A stretch of DNA of 64,000 nt from a virus (IMGVR_UViG_3300021387_000072:1-64000); one strand, 5' to 3'. Positions 51,327 through 60,360 are shown, counted from the stretch's first letter. Made by a program: numbers and translations. The notes: generated from the sequence alone by a model not told the origin.

Positions 51327-52232
51327 TTAAATACTGTCAAGGCCGAGTGAGGCTACGATATGCCTATAATTATTTATCACGCGATCTACATCGTCTTCAG
51401 GCCATTGGATTTTTCTCTGCATGGTATGCCCGGTCTGTTCCAGCTTAAGCGTTGTTTCAGCCCAGCACGTAAGACCACTGGTATCGCCAACTTTGCGCTT
51501 GCATGCAGCAAAGTTGGCTGACTTGGAAAATGTATCGAAAAGAATGCTGGCATCCTTAACGTCCGAGAAAGGACAGCGTCCAGCATTGTAATCTTCCCAA
51601 GCCTTATTAAGCTGTAAGCTTGCTCTGCAAACCTTCTTGGCATAGTCCCTGAGATTCTCATTATCAAAAGAGAAGTCCTTCTCAAGATTCACGTAGTACT
51701 CTTCAAGGTACTTAAGCTCTGCAGCCGTGAAGTATCCGCTGAAAAAATCATCGTACTTCTTCTCTTTATCGTCAGGCTCTTCCGTCAGTGCGCCTGAAGC
51801 CTTGGCTTCGGCGTAGGAATTAAAGCCGCTCTTATCCGAGTCGTAGTACTTATAGAAATTTTTCATGTTGATGATACCCGGGATTTGGGTTATCGTTGTC
51901 TTTTCAAGAAGGAGCTGTCTCCGATCCTCAGAACTTTTCTGATAAACCTCATTGCCGTTCAAGAGTCTCTCCGCTCTCTTCTGTGCAGCGTCCCACATTT
52001 TCTGTGAGAACTCTCTATGATTCTCCCAGAAATATTCCCTGACATCTTCCTTGGTCTGGCACTTACCGAAACAGCTTATGCACCACACATCTCTATGCAG
52101 TTGATCAGTCCATTCCTTATTAGAGAAAAATTCCTTCAAAGGCTTTGGCTGTCCGCACTTAAGACATGCACGTTTCACTTCCGGTGTTGGCTTCTGATTC
52201 TGCGGTGTCGATGTGAGTGTATCGATCGTCAC
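51327..52232 (-). CDS. Zn-finger protein, possible terminase small subunit
   Basis: CLKC...CISC; immediately upstream of terL. Confidence 0.55.
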   Translation of the reverse strand: MTIDTLTSTPQNQKPTPEVKRACLKCGQPKPLKEFFSNKEWTDQLHRDVWCISCFGKCQTKEDVREYFWENHREFSQKMWDAAQKRAERLLNGNEVYQKSSEDRRQLLLEKTTITQIPGIINMKNFYKYYDSDKSGFNSYAEAKASGALTEEPDDKEKKYDDFFSGYFTAAELKYLEEYYVNLEKDFSFDNENLRDYAKKVCRASLQLNKAWEDYNAGRCPFSDVKDASILFDTFSKSANFAACKRKVGDTSGLTCWAETTLKLEQTGHTMQRKIQWPEDDVDRVINNYRHIVASLGLDSI

Positions 52233-52573
52233 GTTGCATCATCTTTTTTCTGCTTCTTCTTGTACGCCTCGTTAAAGTCCTTATCGTACTTCTTGAGTTC
52301 ACTACATGGACCCTGGAATTCTGTAACACCCTTCTTCTTCTGAGCGTCATACTCACGCTTCAGTGCATAGAATTTTGCAAGAGCCTCAAAGAGTTCGGGA
52401 GTCTTTGCATACTTCCAGGTATAAATACTAATGCCGTTCACCATCTTTACTCTGGTAAAGGCACACTTAAAGCCGATGTCTTCGAGCCATTCCTTTTCCA
52501 TACGGATCTGCGTAGCATACTCCTTATCGAAATAATGTTTCAGACTGGCAAAGTTTTCAGTAGCTTCATTCAT
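52229..52573 (-). CDS. Hypothetical protein
   Basis: Start reassigned to MNEATE because the longer ORF overlaps the tRNA. Confidence 0.6.
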   Translation of the reverse strand: MNEATENFASLKHYFDKEYATQIRMEKEWLEDIGFKCAFTRVKMVNGISIYTWKYAKTPELFEALAKFYALKREYDAQKKKGVTEFQGPCSELKKYDKDFNEAYKKKQKKDDAT

Positions 52574-52615
52574 GTTTATCACTTCTTTTCTTTTTATCGT
52601 AGCACTTTCGTGCAG

Positions 52616-52698
52616 CGCCGTCTGCAGGATTCGAACCTGCGATCCTTTCGGATTTTTGTTTTCAAGACAAACGTCATAAGCCTCTCGACCAAAACGGC
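52616..52698 (-). tRNA. tRNA-Ser(TGA)
   Basis: GCCGTTT/AGACGGC acceptor, TTTGT-CTTGAAA-ACAAA anticodon arm, long variable arm, GCAGG-TTCGAAT-CCTGC, discriminator G; no encoded CCA. Confidence 0.85.
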
Positions 52699-52740
52699 AT
52701 ATGCGTGTTTTGTTGCGGCACAAAACACAAAGCCTCAGAT

Positions 52741-53031
52741 TTAGATGTAGTAAAGGTAGGACCATGATTTTTTGTAATCACGATTGCATACACAAAGATC
52801 TTCATACTCAGTAGGATCAGAGAGTTTATTGCGCCACATAGTACGAAGAGAACCCTGATCCTTCCGGTACGCGTCAGGAAGAAACATAGTGTCAGGCTTC
52901 CACCAAAAATGTTCCTTGCTCTTGCAGCGTGCGAATATGTAGGGCTTTCTGTGAAGTGTGCCGTCTACAAAAGCATTGTGCCATTTCCATTTCTTCTTCT
53001 TGTCAATTATTGACCTCGTATGTCTGTCCAT
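52741..53031 (-). CDS. Hypothetical basic protein between the tRNAs
   Basis: Start reassigned to MDRHTR. Confidence 0.5.
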   Translation of the reverse strand: MDRHTRSIIDKKKKWKWHNAFVDGTLHRKPYIFARCKSKEHFWWKPDTMFLPDAYRKDQGSLRTMWRNKLSDPTEYEDLCVCNRDYKKSWSYLYYI

Positions 53032-53081
53032 CTTTATCACTCTTTCTCCATATCGTTTACATACGGCATAGCCGCATAGAA

Positions 53082-53155
53082 AGCCGTCAGTGGGACTTGA
53101 ACCCACGACCCGGTGATTACAAATCAACTGCTCTGGCCAACTGAGCTACGACGGC
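53082..53155 (-). tRNA. tRNA-Thr(TGT)
   Basis: GCCGTCGTAGCTCAGTTGGCCAGAGCAGTTGATTTGTAATCACCGGGTCGTGGGTTCAAGTCCCACTGACGGCT folds as a cloverleaf. Confidence 0.92.
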
Positions 53156-53242
53156 AAAAGAGACAGCCTTCTGGCGGGGAGGCTGTCCGAGCGAAAGGAG
53201 GAACATGCAATACATGCTTTATAGGACAACACTATGCCCCAA

Positions 53243-53518
53243 TTACATAGTGTCTATGTCTGAGTTATAGGCTTCGAATTCTATGTTGGCGAGAATATCG
53301 ACGAGCGTCTGTACAAGCTCGTCGTTCTCCATGAATCCGTTTGAAAGATAGTAACGACAATTGATGTTGTTCTGCAGAAAAAGCATTGCACGATTGAATT
53401 CCCTGTCATCCCGCAAATCGTATTCGGTTCCGGTATCAGGATCAATCAGCGACACAGGGCCAACGAACAACGCAATAACATCTTTAATGTGATCTCTGTA
53501 TTCTGGTGTCAGTTTCAT
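53243..53518 (-). CDS. Hypothetical protein, first gene of leftward unit
   Basis: SD GGAG; just downstream of the repeated promoter-like motif. Confidence 0.6.
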   Translation of the reverse strand: MKLTPEYRDHIKDVIALFVGPVSLIDPDTGTEYDLRDDREFNRAMLFLQNNINCRYYLSNGFMENDELVQTLVDILANIEFEAYNSDIDTM

Positions 53519-53539
53519 TTTATCGTCTCCGCTACTTCT

Positions 53540-53579
53540 CTTCTCCCATTATAGCAATTCTCGAATGAGGAGAAATTTT
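53540..53579 (-). promoter_or_regulatory. 40-bp promoter/operator motif, copy 1
   Basis: Minus strand AAAATTTCTCCTCATTCGAGAATTGCTATAATGGGAGAAG; TGnTATAAT inside an inverted repeat. Confidence 0.7.
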
Positions 53580-53646
53580 TCTGGTTTTGTATGAAGAAAA
53601 ATTTCCTGTTCGGAAATGGGAGAAAGTTTTCTGGGAGAGCTTCCTT

Positions 53647-53686
53647 CTTCTCCCATTATAGCAATTCTCGAATGAGGAGAAATTTT
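53647..53686 (-). promoter_or_regulatory. 40-bp promoter/operator motif, copy 2 (identical)
   Basis: Exact direct repeat of 53540-53579. Confidence 0.7.
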
Positions 53687-53775
53687 ATCATGAGATTTGA
53701 GGAGCATGATAAAATTTTGAACTCGTGACTAAAAGGAACGAGGAGAAATTTCTATGTAATCAGGAGTAGAAGAAG

Positions 53776-54099
53776 ATGAAAGAAGACGTACTGTATCTTT
53801 GCCAAAGGATTGCCATAATGAGGAACATTCAAGGCATCTCTCAATCGGAGTTGGCGTACTCAGCCGGTATATCAAGGAATGCACTGAGCGATATCGAGAT
53901 GGGAAAGTCTGTACCGAAGGTCAGCACAGTGATCGACATATGCGATGCTATGAAGATAACCTTCGGCGATATTATGCCGCCAAGGCTATACCCAGCCCCG
54001 CTATCGCCAAGCACGAAGCGCTGGGTGCGCGACGTGCTGCAGGCGATGCGGGGAGTAAACATGGCAGACGTGGAGATTCTGCTAACCAGACTTGGCTGA
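53776..54099 (+). CDS. XRE-family HTH regulator
   Basis: 'GISQSELAYSAGISRNALSDIEMGKSVPKVSTVIDICDAM'. Confidence 0.9.
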   Translation: MKEDVLYLCQRIAIMRNIQGISQSELAYSAGISRNALSDIEMGKSVPKVSTVIDICDAMKITFGDIMPPRLYPAPLSPSTKRWVRDVLQAMRGVNMADVEILLTRLG

Positions 54100-54183
54100 C
54101 AAAGTTTTCAGATGCACTACAATATGCAGGCACCTTGTGCCGTCTTTCCCGGAGAAATCTGATGTAGACGTATGGAGTCTTTT

Positions 54184-54351
54184 ATGCGTGATCGTAAATT
54201 GCAGAGAGAGGTAAAGAAGTATGGACTGCCAGAGAAGAGAGACAAGTGTGGGGTGAAGGATCCTACACCTTATCAGGCTATGGTGAACATACTGCTGGAG
54301 GAAGCACGGAAAGAAGGGTTAATAAAAAGAAAGCCGGAGGCTCGATATTAA
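54184..54351 (+). CDS. Small hypothetical protein (55 aa; absent from ORF track)
   Basis: SD GGAG; MRDRKLQ...GVKDPTPYQAMVNI... Confidence 0.5.
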   Translation: MRDRKLQREVKKYGLPEKRDKCGVKDPTPYQAMVNILLEEARKEGLIKRKPEARY

Positions 54352-54373
54352 GATCGAAGCCCCGGCTTTCTTT
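54326..54373. terminator. Bidirectional terminator between convergent genes
   Basis: AAAGAAAGCCGG...CCGGCTTTCTTT. Confidence 0.7.
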
Positions 54374-54385
54374 ATGTGTGTAGTT

Positions 54386-55114
54386 TTAGAACGGAATGGT
54401 ATCAGAGTGATGCACTATGACAGGTGCATGAGACCACCATGGTGCTTCATTCTCTACAGGCGTTATATCACGCATAACCCTGTAACCCTGACGGATATAG
54501 AACGGTGCTTCACGAGCAGGCTCATCATCATCAAGCTGATCTGGATTATCCCATTCGTCAGGATCAAGACCAAGATCATCTTCTTCTTCCAATTCAAAAG
54601 GCATTGGAAATGAAGGACCAGTGTGAAAGAAATTAGCAGCACTAGTACGTTTCTCGATTAAAGTACGAGACCAGTCTTCAATAGCGTATACTTCAGTCCA
54701 GTCAACATCGTACATGACGAGTATATTCTTATGCTTCTGATATTTTAATGCAGTGATAACTTCTTCAGCGTCAACAGCATACTTATGTCCAAGAACTACT
54801 ATAGGCAAAGACATACTGCCACGTTTGAACAGTGGGTCAACTTCTTCATCAGTAAGACCGCCACACCACTGTTCTTCTTCTTTTCGTGTTTCATAGTCAT
54901 ACACCATCTTATCATAATCCAAGTTAGCATTTATAAATGCATCCTTTAACTTCTTTGTTAATTCTGGATTCGACTTAGGTGCTGGGATTATGACTATGCT
55001 ACTAGAGAAAACATGCTCTTGAGCATAACCATAAAAGTCAATCATGTCTTTTTCATCAAAGTACTCACTGTGAAATTCACCTTGATGATATATAGGATTA
55101 AATACTGTTTTCAT
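54386..55114 (-). CDS. Hypothetical protein with acidic C-terminal region
   Basis: Start MKTVFN with SD GAAAGGA. Confidence 0.6.
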   Translation of the reverse strand: MKTVFNPIYHQGEFHSEYFDEKDMIDFYGYAQEHVFSSSIVIIPAPKSNPELTKKLKDAFINANLDYDKMVYDYETRKEEEQWCGGLTDEEVDPLFKRGSMSLPIVVLGHKYAVDAEEVITALKYQKHKNILVMYDVDWTEVYAIEDWSRTLIEKRTSAANFFHTGPSFPMPFELEEEDDLGLDPDEWDNPDQLDDDEPAREAPFYIRQGYRVMRDITPVENEAPWWSHAPVIVHHSDTIPF

Positions 55115-55447
55115 AATATGTCCTTTCTGTGTTTTTGTTATTGGTATTGTAATGAAGTGGGGAAGTGGAGTCAAGGAGTTGTAAAGGATTCAGATGAAGG
55201 AATGAGTTGGAAACGGAAAATGAGTTGGAAAAGATCAGTTACTTGCATCCGTTTGGGTGCCGAAACTTTCGAACGGTAATCCCCACCCCTCCGCTCGAAA
55301 GTCATCAGTGCAAGACGTTGTGCTGATGGTTGACGGTGCGGCTGAATCCGCACGTAGCATAAGGCTGGCTGGTTGCTAAAAACCAGCAAAATAAAATATC
55401 CGCAGACACTAAACCACACTGCGGATAATGGAAGGAGGTTCATCTAT

Positions 55448-55837
55448 ATGATGAACTATAATATTTATTCCTATCAGTGGGAGATTATACACTCCCACGA
55501 CGAATTCTGCAACTACACTGAGTTTTCCAAACTCAGTGAGAGCGAGCAGAATGAAATTCTTCATACTCTGATCTCCTATGATCAGGGTATGAGAAGGATT
55601 GATATGGAATTTCGGGATGTTCAGTCCCGGAATTCAATCCTCCTCGCTAAAGGCGAGGACATGGACATCGTTGTCGACTCCATGTGGGCGACGATGCAGG
55701 CCATGGACCGTGACCGTGGCAGGCTTCATAGTAAAGCCTGCGCGGTCCTGCATAAATATCCACGGGTTTTCCCGGGGACTTGGCCCAGGGAAAGGATTAC
55801 CGCCTGGATTAGAACCATTCAGGAGGTGACTGACTAA
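55448..55837 (+). CDS. Hypothetical protein, first gene of plus-strand cassette
   Basis: SD AGGAGG before ATG 55448. Confidence 0.6.
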   Translation: MMNYNIYSYQWEIIHSHDEFCNYTEFSKLSESEQNEILHTLISYDQGMRRIDMEFRDVQSRNSILLAKGEDMDIVVDSMWATMQAMDRDRGRLHSKACAVLHKYPRVFPGTWPRERITAWIRTIQEVTD

Positions 55838-55933
55838 CGTTGATGGATGGACATACAGTCAATAAAGACTGTCTGTCCATTAAAACCCCTACTGTCGTGA
55901 GACAGGAGCTGGTCCAAAGGCCAGGTAAAAGTC
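55832..55933 (+). ncRNA. Twister ribozyme, circularly permuted (P5 type); predicted cut 55881/55882
   Basis: GTT-GA-TGG-P1(ATGGACA/TGTCCAT)-TAA-AAC-C-CC-P3(CTGTC GTGA GACAG)-CTGG-T-CCA-AA-GG-CCAG; P2, T1 and T2 all pair. Confidence 0.8.
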
Positions 55934-56079
55934 GTGTTTGGAGAATTCGCGTGCTTGCCTGCGCGTAGAGTTAGGCAATGGGATCACAACCAATAGTGTA
56001 AAGCTGTAACTCAGCAATATAAATGTCCCGGAGTGGTACAAGCACTCCGGGGACAAATGCGGTGAAAGGAGAGAATGCC

Positions 56080-56241
56080 GTGGATCACCGCTTCACTGTG
56101 GCTGCTGAGATGATCCTTTGGTTCGTCCGCCAGACGAAAAAGGATTTGATCATCTTTGCAGCAAGAGTTGCTTCTGGCAAATATGAACTGGTTTGGTCAA
56201 GCGATTTGCTTGAGTTCATGTTGATGCCAAAACACAACTAA
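56080..56241 (+). CDS. Small hypothetical protein
   Basis: SD AAAGGAG, GTG start. Confidence 0.45.
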   Translation: MDHRFTVAAEMILWFVRQTKKDLIIFAARVASGKYELVWSSDLLEFMLMPKHN

Positions 56242-56304
56242 CTCTTTCTGAGAGATTCCACTCTCTCAGATCACATCCTATAGCAGAGAGAGGAATCTGT
56301 CAAC

Positions 56305-56373
56305 ACGTCCTTGGGCATGACGTTAAACTGCCCTTTGATTATATAAAGACCTGGGCATGTCTCTAAACTGTCT
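56305..56373 (+). ncRNA. Two tandem H-type pseudoknots in the RNAP leader
   Basis: ACGTC-CTT-GGGCA-T-GACGT-TAAAC-TGCCC and AGAC-CT-GGGCA-T-GTCT-CTAAAC-TGTCT. Confidence 0.7.
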
Positions 56374-56398
56374 AATAAAGATAAAGGAGTGTGCAGAC

Positions 56399-59104
56399 GT
56401 GTACATTCTTAAACTTGATGCCCGTCAAAAGTTCGGCTTCGCTGCCGGTGCTGCTGATCCGTTTGAATCTGTTGGAAACGAGTTTCACAATCCCGTTGTT
56501 GTGAAGCTCGGGTCCAATAAGGTTGAGAGGCAGGATCGTATTCCTCTGCCTCGGTATGGGATTCTCCGCGTCAATTTCAGACGCATCGCTATCCCCGACG
56601 AACTCGACAAGGGCTTCAACCCTGATCTCGACCTCTGTCAGGCAGAGGCCGAAGCCCGTGCTCAGCTTTGGCGTGAGCAGGGGTACATCGACCTCTTTGG
56701 TCGCCATTACGTCTTGCTCGATCAGAGCAGCAATGGCGTAAAGGTGGCAGAGGCTGAATTTATCCTTGATGGCTACCGCGATGCCTACCTTGATTGGTGG
56801 CACTGCGGGATGAAGCTTCTGGGTCTCGATCTCCATACTCAGGTGGAGAAAGACGCCAGGGCTACAACTACATGTCTTCCACATTGTTATTACTTTGGGG
56901 AAGATGGATCCATTGAGTATCTTCAGGGCCTGATTCCCGAAATGATCATCGACGACATGGTTATAATGCCGAAAGTGGTCACGGGAAACCACCAGGCACT
57001 TGAAGGAAAAACACGTCTGTTCAACATGACAGACAAACCTGTAGAAGGTGTAGAGCCTGGTCAGGTTGGTATTTCATCTGAAGCATGGGAAGAAACAGAC
57101 TCTGATGGTGGCATCTGGTACGTACTAGATGACACCAAAGAGGATGAGAACTCCCGTAAAATCAAGACCATGGCAAAACAAGGCAAATTCATCTCCTACA
57201 CAATCAACGCCGCTGGCGAAAAAGGTTGTGTAAATATTATCCTTAAATCCACTTTAATTTCCTTCCTTGAAGAGGAAATTAAAGATGGATATATTAAGGA
57301 ATATAAGAGAGATGAAGCCGGGAATCTCATCGCCGCATATACAGAGAACGCGTGGCATGAGAAGGTCAACTTTCTTGGAAAACCACTGTTCGGGACGCCT
57401 GATACCTTTAAGTGGTTCAAGTCTCAGGACTTCAAAATCCCTGAGGGCTGGAGCCAGTTCATCGAAGGATTTAACTCTTATGGACACACCTTTGACGTGT
57501 CCGTAGTTCCACATGTCGTTTGGCGGCATATGCCGTACCAGATGACACTGGGACTCATCCAGTCTAAAGAAGATGCGGATTGGATGATTAATCGTGAAGT
57601 GTCAAATCTTAATTCATACAAAATCCCCGAGGAAGCTGCAAAGCTCCTGCCTAAGTGGATGAGGGAAGCTTTGAAAGTTTACCCCGAACTCTGGCAGGAC
57701 AAATTCTTCCGCTTTTGCGCTCAGGCTGCTTATACAAAGAAGCGTTGGGCCGCAATGGCCGGGAAGCTTGACCGTATGGGAAAATACTTCTTCCTTGCTC
57801 CTGATACTGTCGGTATCTTTAGGGCATGGTGTGGTGACAATCGTCCCTACATCCAGGCTGGTAATATCATTCAGCCTGGTTGTGAGGAAGGAAAGCGAGT
57901 CGTTATGGCTCGCAATCCCTTCCCCGGGATCAATTTCTGTCTCAGAACCCGGCAGAAGATTGATGAAAAGTATTATGGGTTCTACACCTCTAACACTGTT
58001 TATGTTTCCATGCTGGACGATAGCATGGTACGGATGCAGGCCGACTTCGATGGTGATAAGGTGTTCATCATCGAAGACGAAGAGGTATATGCCATGGCTG
58101 AGAAAGCCCTGAAGGCTACTGGATATCTCACCGTGAGGTGGGCCAAGCCTGATGGACATAAGCAGCCTTACTCTGATGAGGTTTTCTGGAATCATGTTCT
58201 TGAAGCCAATACGTCGGAGGTTGGCATAATCTGCTCGGGTATAGTCAAAGTTCGTGCTGTGGACGCACAGCAGAACAAGGACTGGGAAACCAGTACCGCC
58301 TATGATCTTGAGAAAAACGCCATAGGCGAAGCAGCGTGCACCTTGGACATCGACGCTGCCAAAGGTACTGGTGCGAAGGTCCAGGCATGGTACGCCATTG
58401 CAGAAGGCAAAGCATATAAATATGCCAAGCGCCCTCTCCACATGGCGTATCAGAAGAGTTCTCCTGCTCCTAATACTGACGAAGCTGTCGAGAAGAAATG
58501 TAGGGAGTTTGAGAAATCAAACTACTACGGACATCATCTTCTCGATTATGCCACACAGATGATTGGTGTCCTTACGGATGAAACGCTGTATGTGGACGCA
58601 CATAGCAGCGAAGAATTCAGGTATCTCAAGCTGACCAGCGATCCCAAGCATACAAAAGGGAAAGCTGGTCTGGCTGACCTCCTGAGTGAGGCCATCAAGG
58701 AGTTCCGTACCGAGTACGCACGTCTGTGCGCAGCCACGGACAACTCCATGGCTACGAGCGAATTCACGAAGAGGTATTATGAAAACCTCAGAGTGAAGAT
58801 CCTCGCAAGAGGGTTCAACGCTGGCATGACACAGGAAGAAACTGTCGATGCCCTTATCAAGACCGTTTATAACGGCTATAAGGACATCGATATTGCTGCT
58901 CACGAGAAGGAGTTCCGCATTCTGTGGACTTGCTTCGGTGAGGAGCTGGTAGCAAATCTCAAGGCTAATCAGGGAATCAAGAATGAAGATATTGACAACC
59001 CTGAAGATGCCTATTGTCCTGATGAATCTGAAGAGGACTTCGCTGTTCTCGACGAAGACATGTGCTTCGCCGATGAAGGCGATGGCTTCTTCATGGACGA
59101 GTGA
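56399..59104 (+). CDS. Single-subunit two-barrel RNA polymerase (YonO / RNAi-RdRP-like)
   Basis: SDGG, GEKG, ARNP (57911) and ADFDGD (58043-58057) in order; about 900 aa; GTG start after AAGGAG. Confidence 0.85.
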   Translation: MYILKLDARQKFGFAAGAADPFESVGNEFHNPVVVKLGSNKVERQDRIPLPRYGILRVNFRRIAIPDELDKGFNPDLDLCQAEAEARAQLWREQGYIDLFGRHYVLLDQSSNGVKVAEAEFILDGYRDAYLDWWHCGMKLLGLDLHTQVEKDARATTTCLPHCYYFGEDGSIEYLQGLIPEMIIDDMVIMPKVVTGNHQALEGKTRLFNMTDKPVEGVEPGQVGISSEAWEETDSDGGIWYVLDDTKEDENSRKIKTMAKQGKFISYTINAAGEKGCVNIILKSTLISFLEEEIKDGYIKEYKRDEAGNLIAAYTENAWHEKVNFLGKPLFGTPDTFKWFKSQDFKIPEGWSQFIEGFNSYGHTFDVSVVPHVVWRHMPYQMTLGLIQSKEDADWMINREVSNLNSYKIPEEAAKLLPKWMREALKVYPELWQDKFFRFCAQAAYTKKRWAAMAGKLDRMGKYFFLAPDTVGIFRAWCGDNRPYIQAGNIIQPGCEEGKRVVMARNPFPGINFCLRTRQKIDEKYYGFYTSNTVYVSMLDDSMVRMQADFDGDKVFIIEDEEVYAMAEKALKATGYLTVRWAKPDGHKQPYSDEVFWNHVLEANTSEVGIICSGIVKVRAVDAQQNKDWETSTAYDLEKNAIGEAACTLDIDAAKGTGAKVQAWYAIAEGKAYKYAKRPLHMAYQKSSPAPNTDEAVEKKCREFEKSNYYGHHLLDYATQMIGVLTDETLYVDAHSSEEFRYLKLTSDPKHTKGKAGLADLLSEAIKEFRTEYARLCAATDNSMATSEFTKRYYENLRVKILARGFNAGMTQEETVDALIKTVYNGYKDIDIAAHEKEFRILWTCFGEELVANLKANQGIKNEDIDNPEDAYCPDESEEDFAVLDEDMCFADEGDGFFMDE

Positions 59105-59157
59105 CTTTGAAGAGGGAGTGCTGGACTCTACATCCAGCCTCCCTCTTCTCGTTCCCC

Positions 59158-59225
59158 TCCCGCCTGATGAGGGTTAGTGCCAAGCTGGTGACTTGGCGAA
59201 ATGCGAAAGCATAGCGGGAAACCAG
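59158..59225 (+). ncRNA. Type I hammerhead ribozyme variant; predicted cut after 59213
   Basis: TCCCGC-CTGATGA-[8-nt insert, GCCAAG/CTTGGC]-GAAA-TGC GAAA GCA-TA-GCGGGA; loop II CTGGT can pair with downstream ACCAG. Confidence 0.7.
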
Positions 59226-59332
59226 AAGCTTCATCCCGTACAGAGAACTTTTTATGTTCGTCCGAGTTGGCTGATGACGATCAGTGTGAGTGCAACTCTT
59301 ACAACGGGCAAATATATGGAAGGAGGTTGACC

Positions 59333-60226
59333 ATGATGGCAACCTTTAAGAAGTTTTCTGTTTCTCTTGTTAACAGCGAAGGCAAAGAAGTTTATTTCTC
59401 CTTTGCTACGCAGGCCGAAGCAATTCAGTTTTGCCAGGCCGTCCGCTCTGGTTCTAATCAGGTAATTAAGACCTGGAAGTGGAACCAGGATGCCGGCAAA
59501 GCCGAGCTGGTTGATCTGGACAACCAGCCGGATCTCGCCGTCAAGGTGCTGTGGCAGGCACCTGATGGGAGTAATGGCGACCGCGAAATGCCCACCATTG
59601 GTGAGGCAGAAGACGCGGTTCGCCGCGCAATCGGCAAAGGCTTCAAAGCCTACTATACAGTAGGCGGCAAGGCATTTATGCCTGCAGATGTAAAGCCTGT
59701 AAAGCCTACTCCCGCTGCCTTTCCTGCTCCCGTGGAGCAGAAAGCAGCAACCGCTCCCGCTGCTCCCAAGCAGCCCATGGAGGTCCACATCTGGACCGAC
59801 GGAAGCTGCAAAGGTAATGGCAAAGCAGAAAACCGCGGTGGCTGGGCCGCGGTTCTGGTGTGTGGCGAACACCAGAAAGAGATAAGCGGTGGTGTCGCAA
59901 ACACCACCAACAACAGGATGGAACTTCAGGCTGTAGTTGAAGGGCTGAAAGCTCTGAAATTCAAAGCCGAGGTTACCATCCATTCAGATTCGGCCTACTT
60001 CTCTAACGCCATCGAAAAGGGATGGCTTAAGAAGTGGCGCTCGGCAGGCTGGATTAATGCCCAGAGAAAGCCTGTTGAAAACCGTGACCTCTGGGAGGAG
60101 TTCTGTGCACTCTCCATAGAAAAGTGCACACACCTCCACGTTGAAAAGGTTGCCGGTCATGCCGGTAACCCCCTCAACGAAAGGTGCGACACGCTTGCTG
60201 TAGCAGCAGCAAGCGCTGTCGAATAA
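59333..60226 (+). CDS. rnhA: Ribonuclease HI with N-terminal extension
   Basis: WTDGSC, TNNRMEL, HSDS, VAGHAG, NERCD motifs; SD GGAGG. Confidence 0.92.
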   Translation: MMATFKKFSVSLVNSEGKEVYFSFATQAEAIQFCQAVRSGSNQVIKTWKWNQDAGKAELVDLDNQPDLAVKVLWQAPDGSNGDREMPTIGEAEDAVRRAIGKGFKAYYTVGGKAFMPADVKPVKPTPAAFPAPVEQKAATAPAAPKQPMEVHIWTDGSCKGNGKAENRGGWAAVLVCGEHQKEISGGVANTTNNRMELQAVVEGLKALKFKAEVTIHSDSAYFSNAIEKGWLKKWRSAGWINAQRKPVENRDLWEEFCALSIEKCTHLHVEKVAGHAGNPLNERCDTLAVAAASAVE

Positions 60227-60289
60227 CCCATTCCCCAATGACGAAGGGGCCTTGTCAGTTTACTCTGACTTGGCCCCTTTCGTCAACCC

Positions 60290-60360
60290 GCAGAGCACAC
60301 CCTTCGGGGTGTAATGCCCCACTCATAATACGGGCTTGTGAGTGCTGGTTGCAAGGCCAG
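60290..60360 (+). ncRNA. Twister ribozyme, circularly permuted; predicted cut 60312/60313
   Basis: GCA-GA-GCA-P1(CACCC TTCG GGGTG)-TAA-TGC-C-CC-P3(ACTCATAA/TTGTGAGT)-G-CTGG-T-TGC-AA-GG-CCAG; covaries with the 55832 copy. Confidence 0.8.

Noticed and set aside
52616-52698. Suppressor or selenocysteine tRNA, or stop-codon recoding
   Set aside because: Anticodon TGA reads UCA (Ser), and genes are intact in the standard code
56006-56055. Third twister (TAACTC..GTACAAGC)
   Set aside because: P2 and T2 partners are missing; it folds as simple hairpins
56399-59104. Calling this enzyme a true RNA-dependent RNA polymerase
   Set aside because: Characterised phage members of the family (YonO, crAss-like virion RNAP) are DNA-dependent, and template preference cannot be read from sequence
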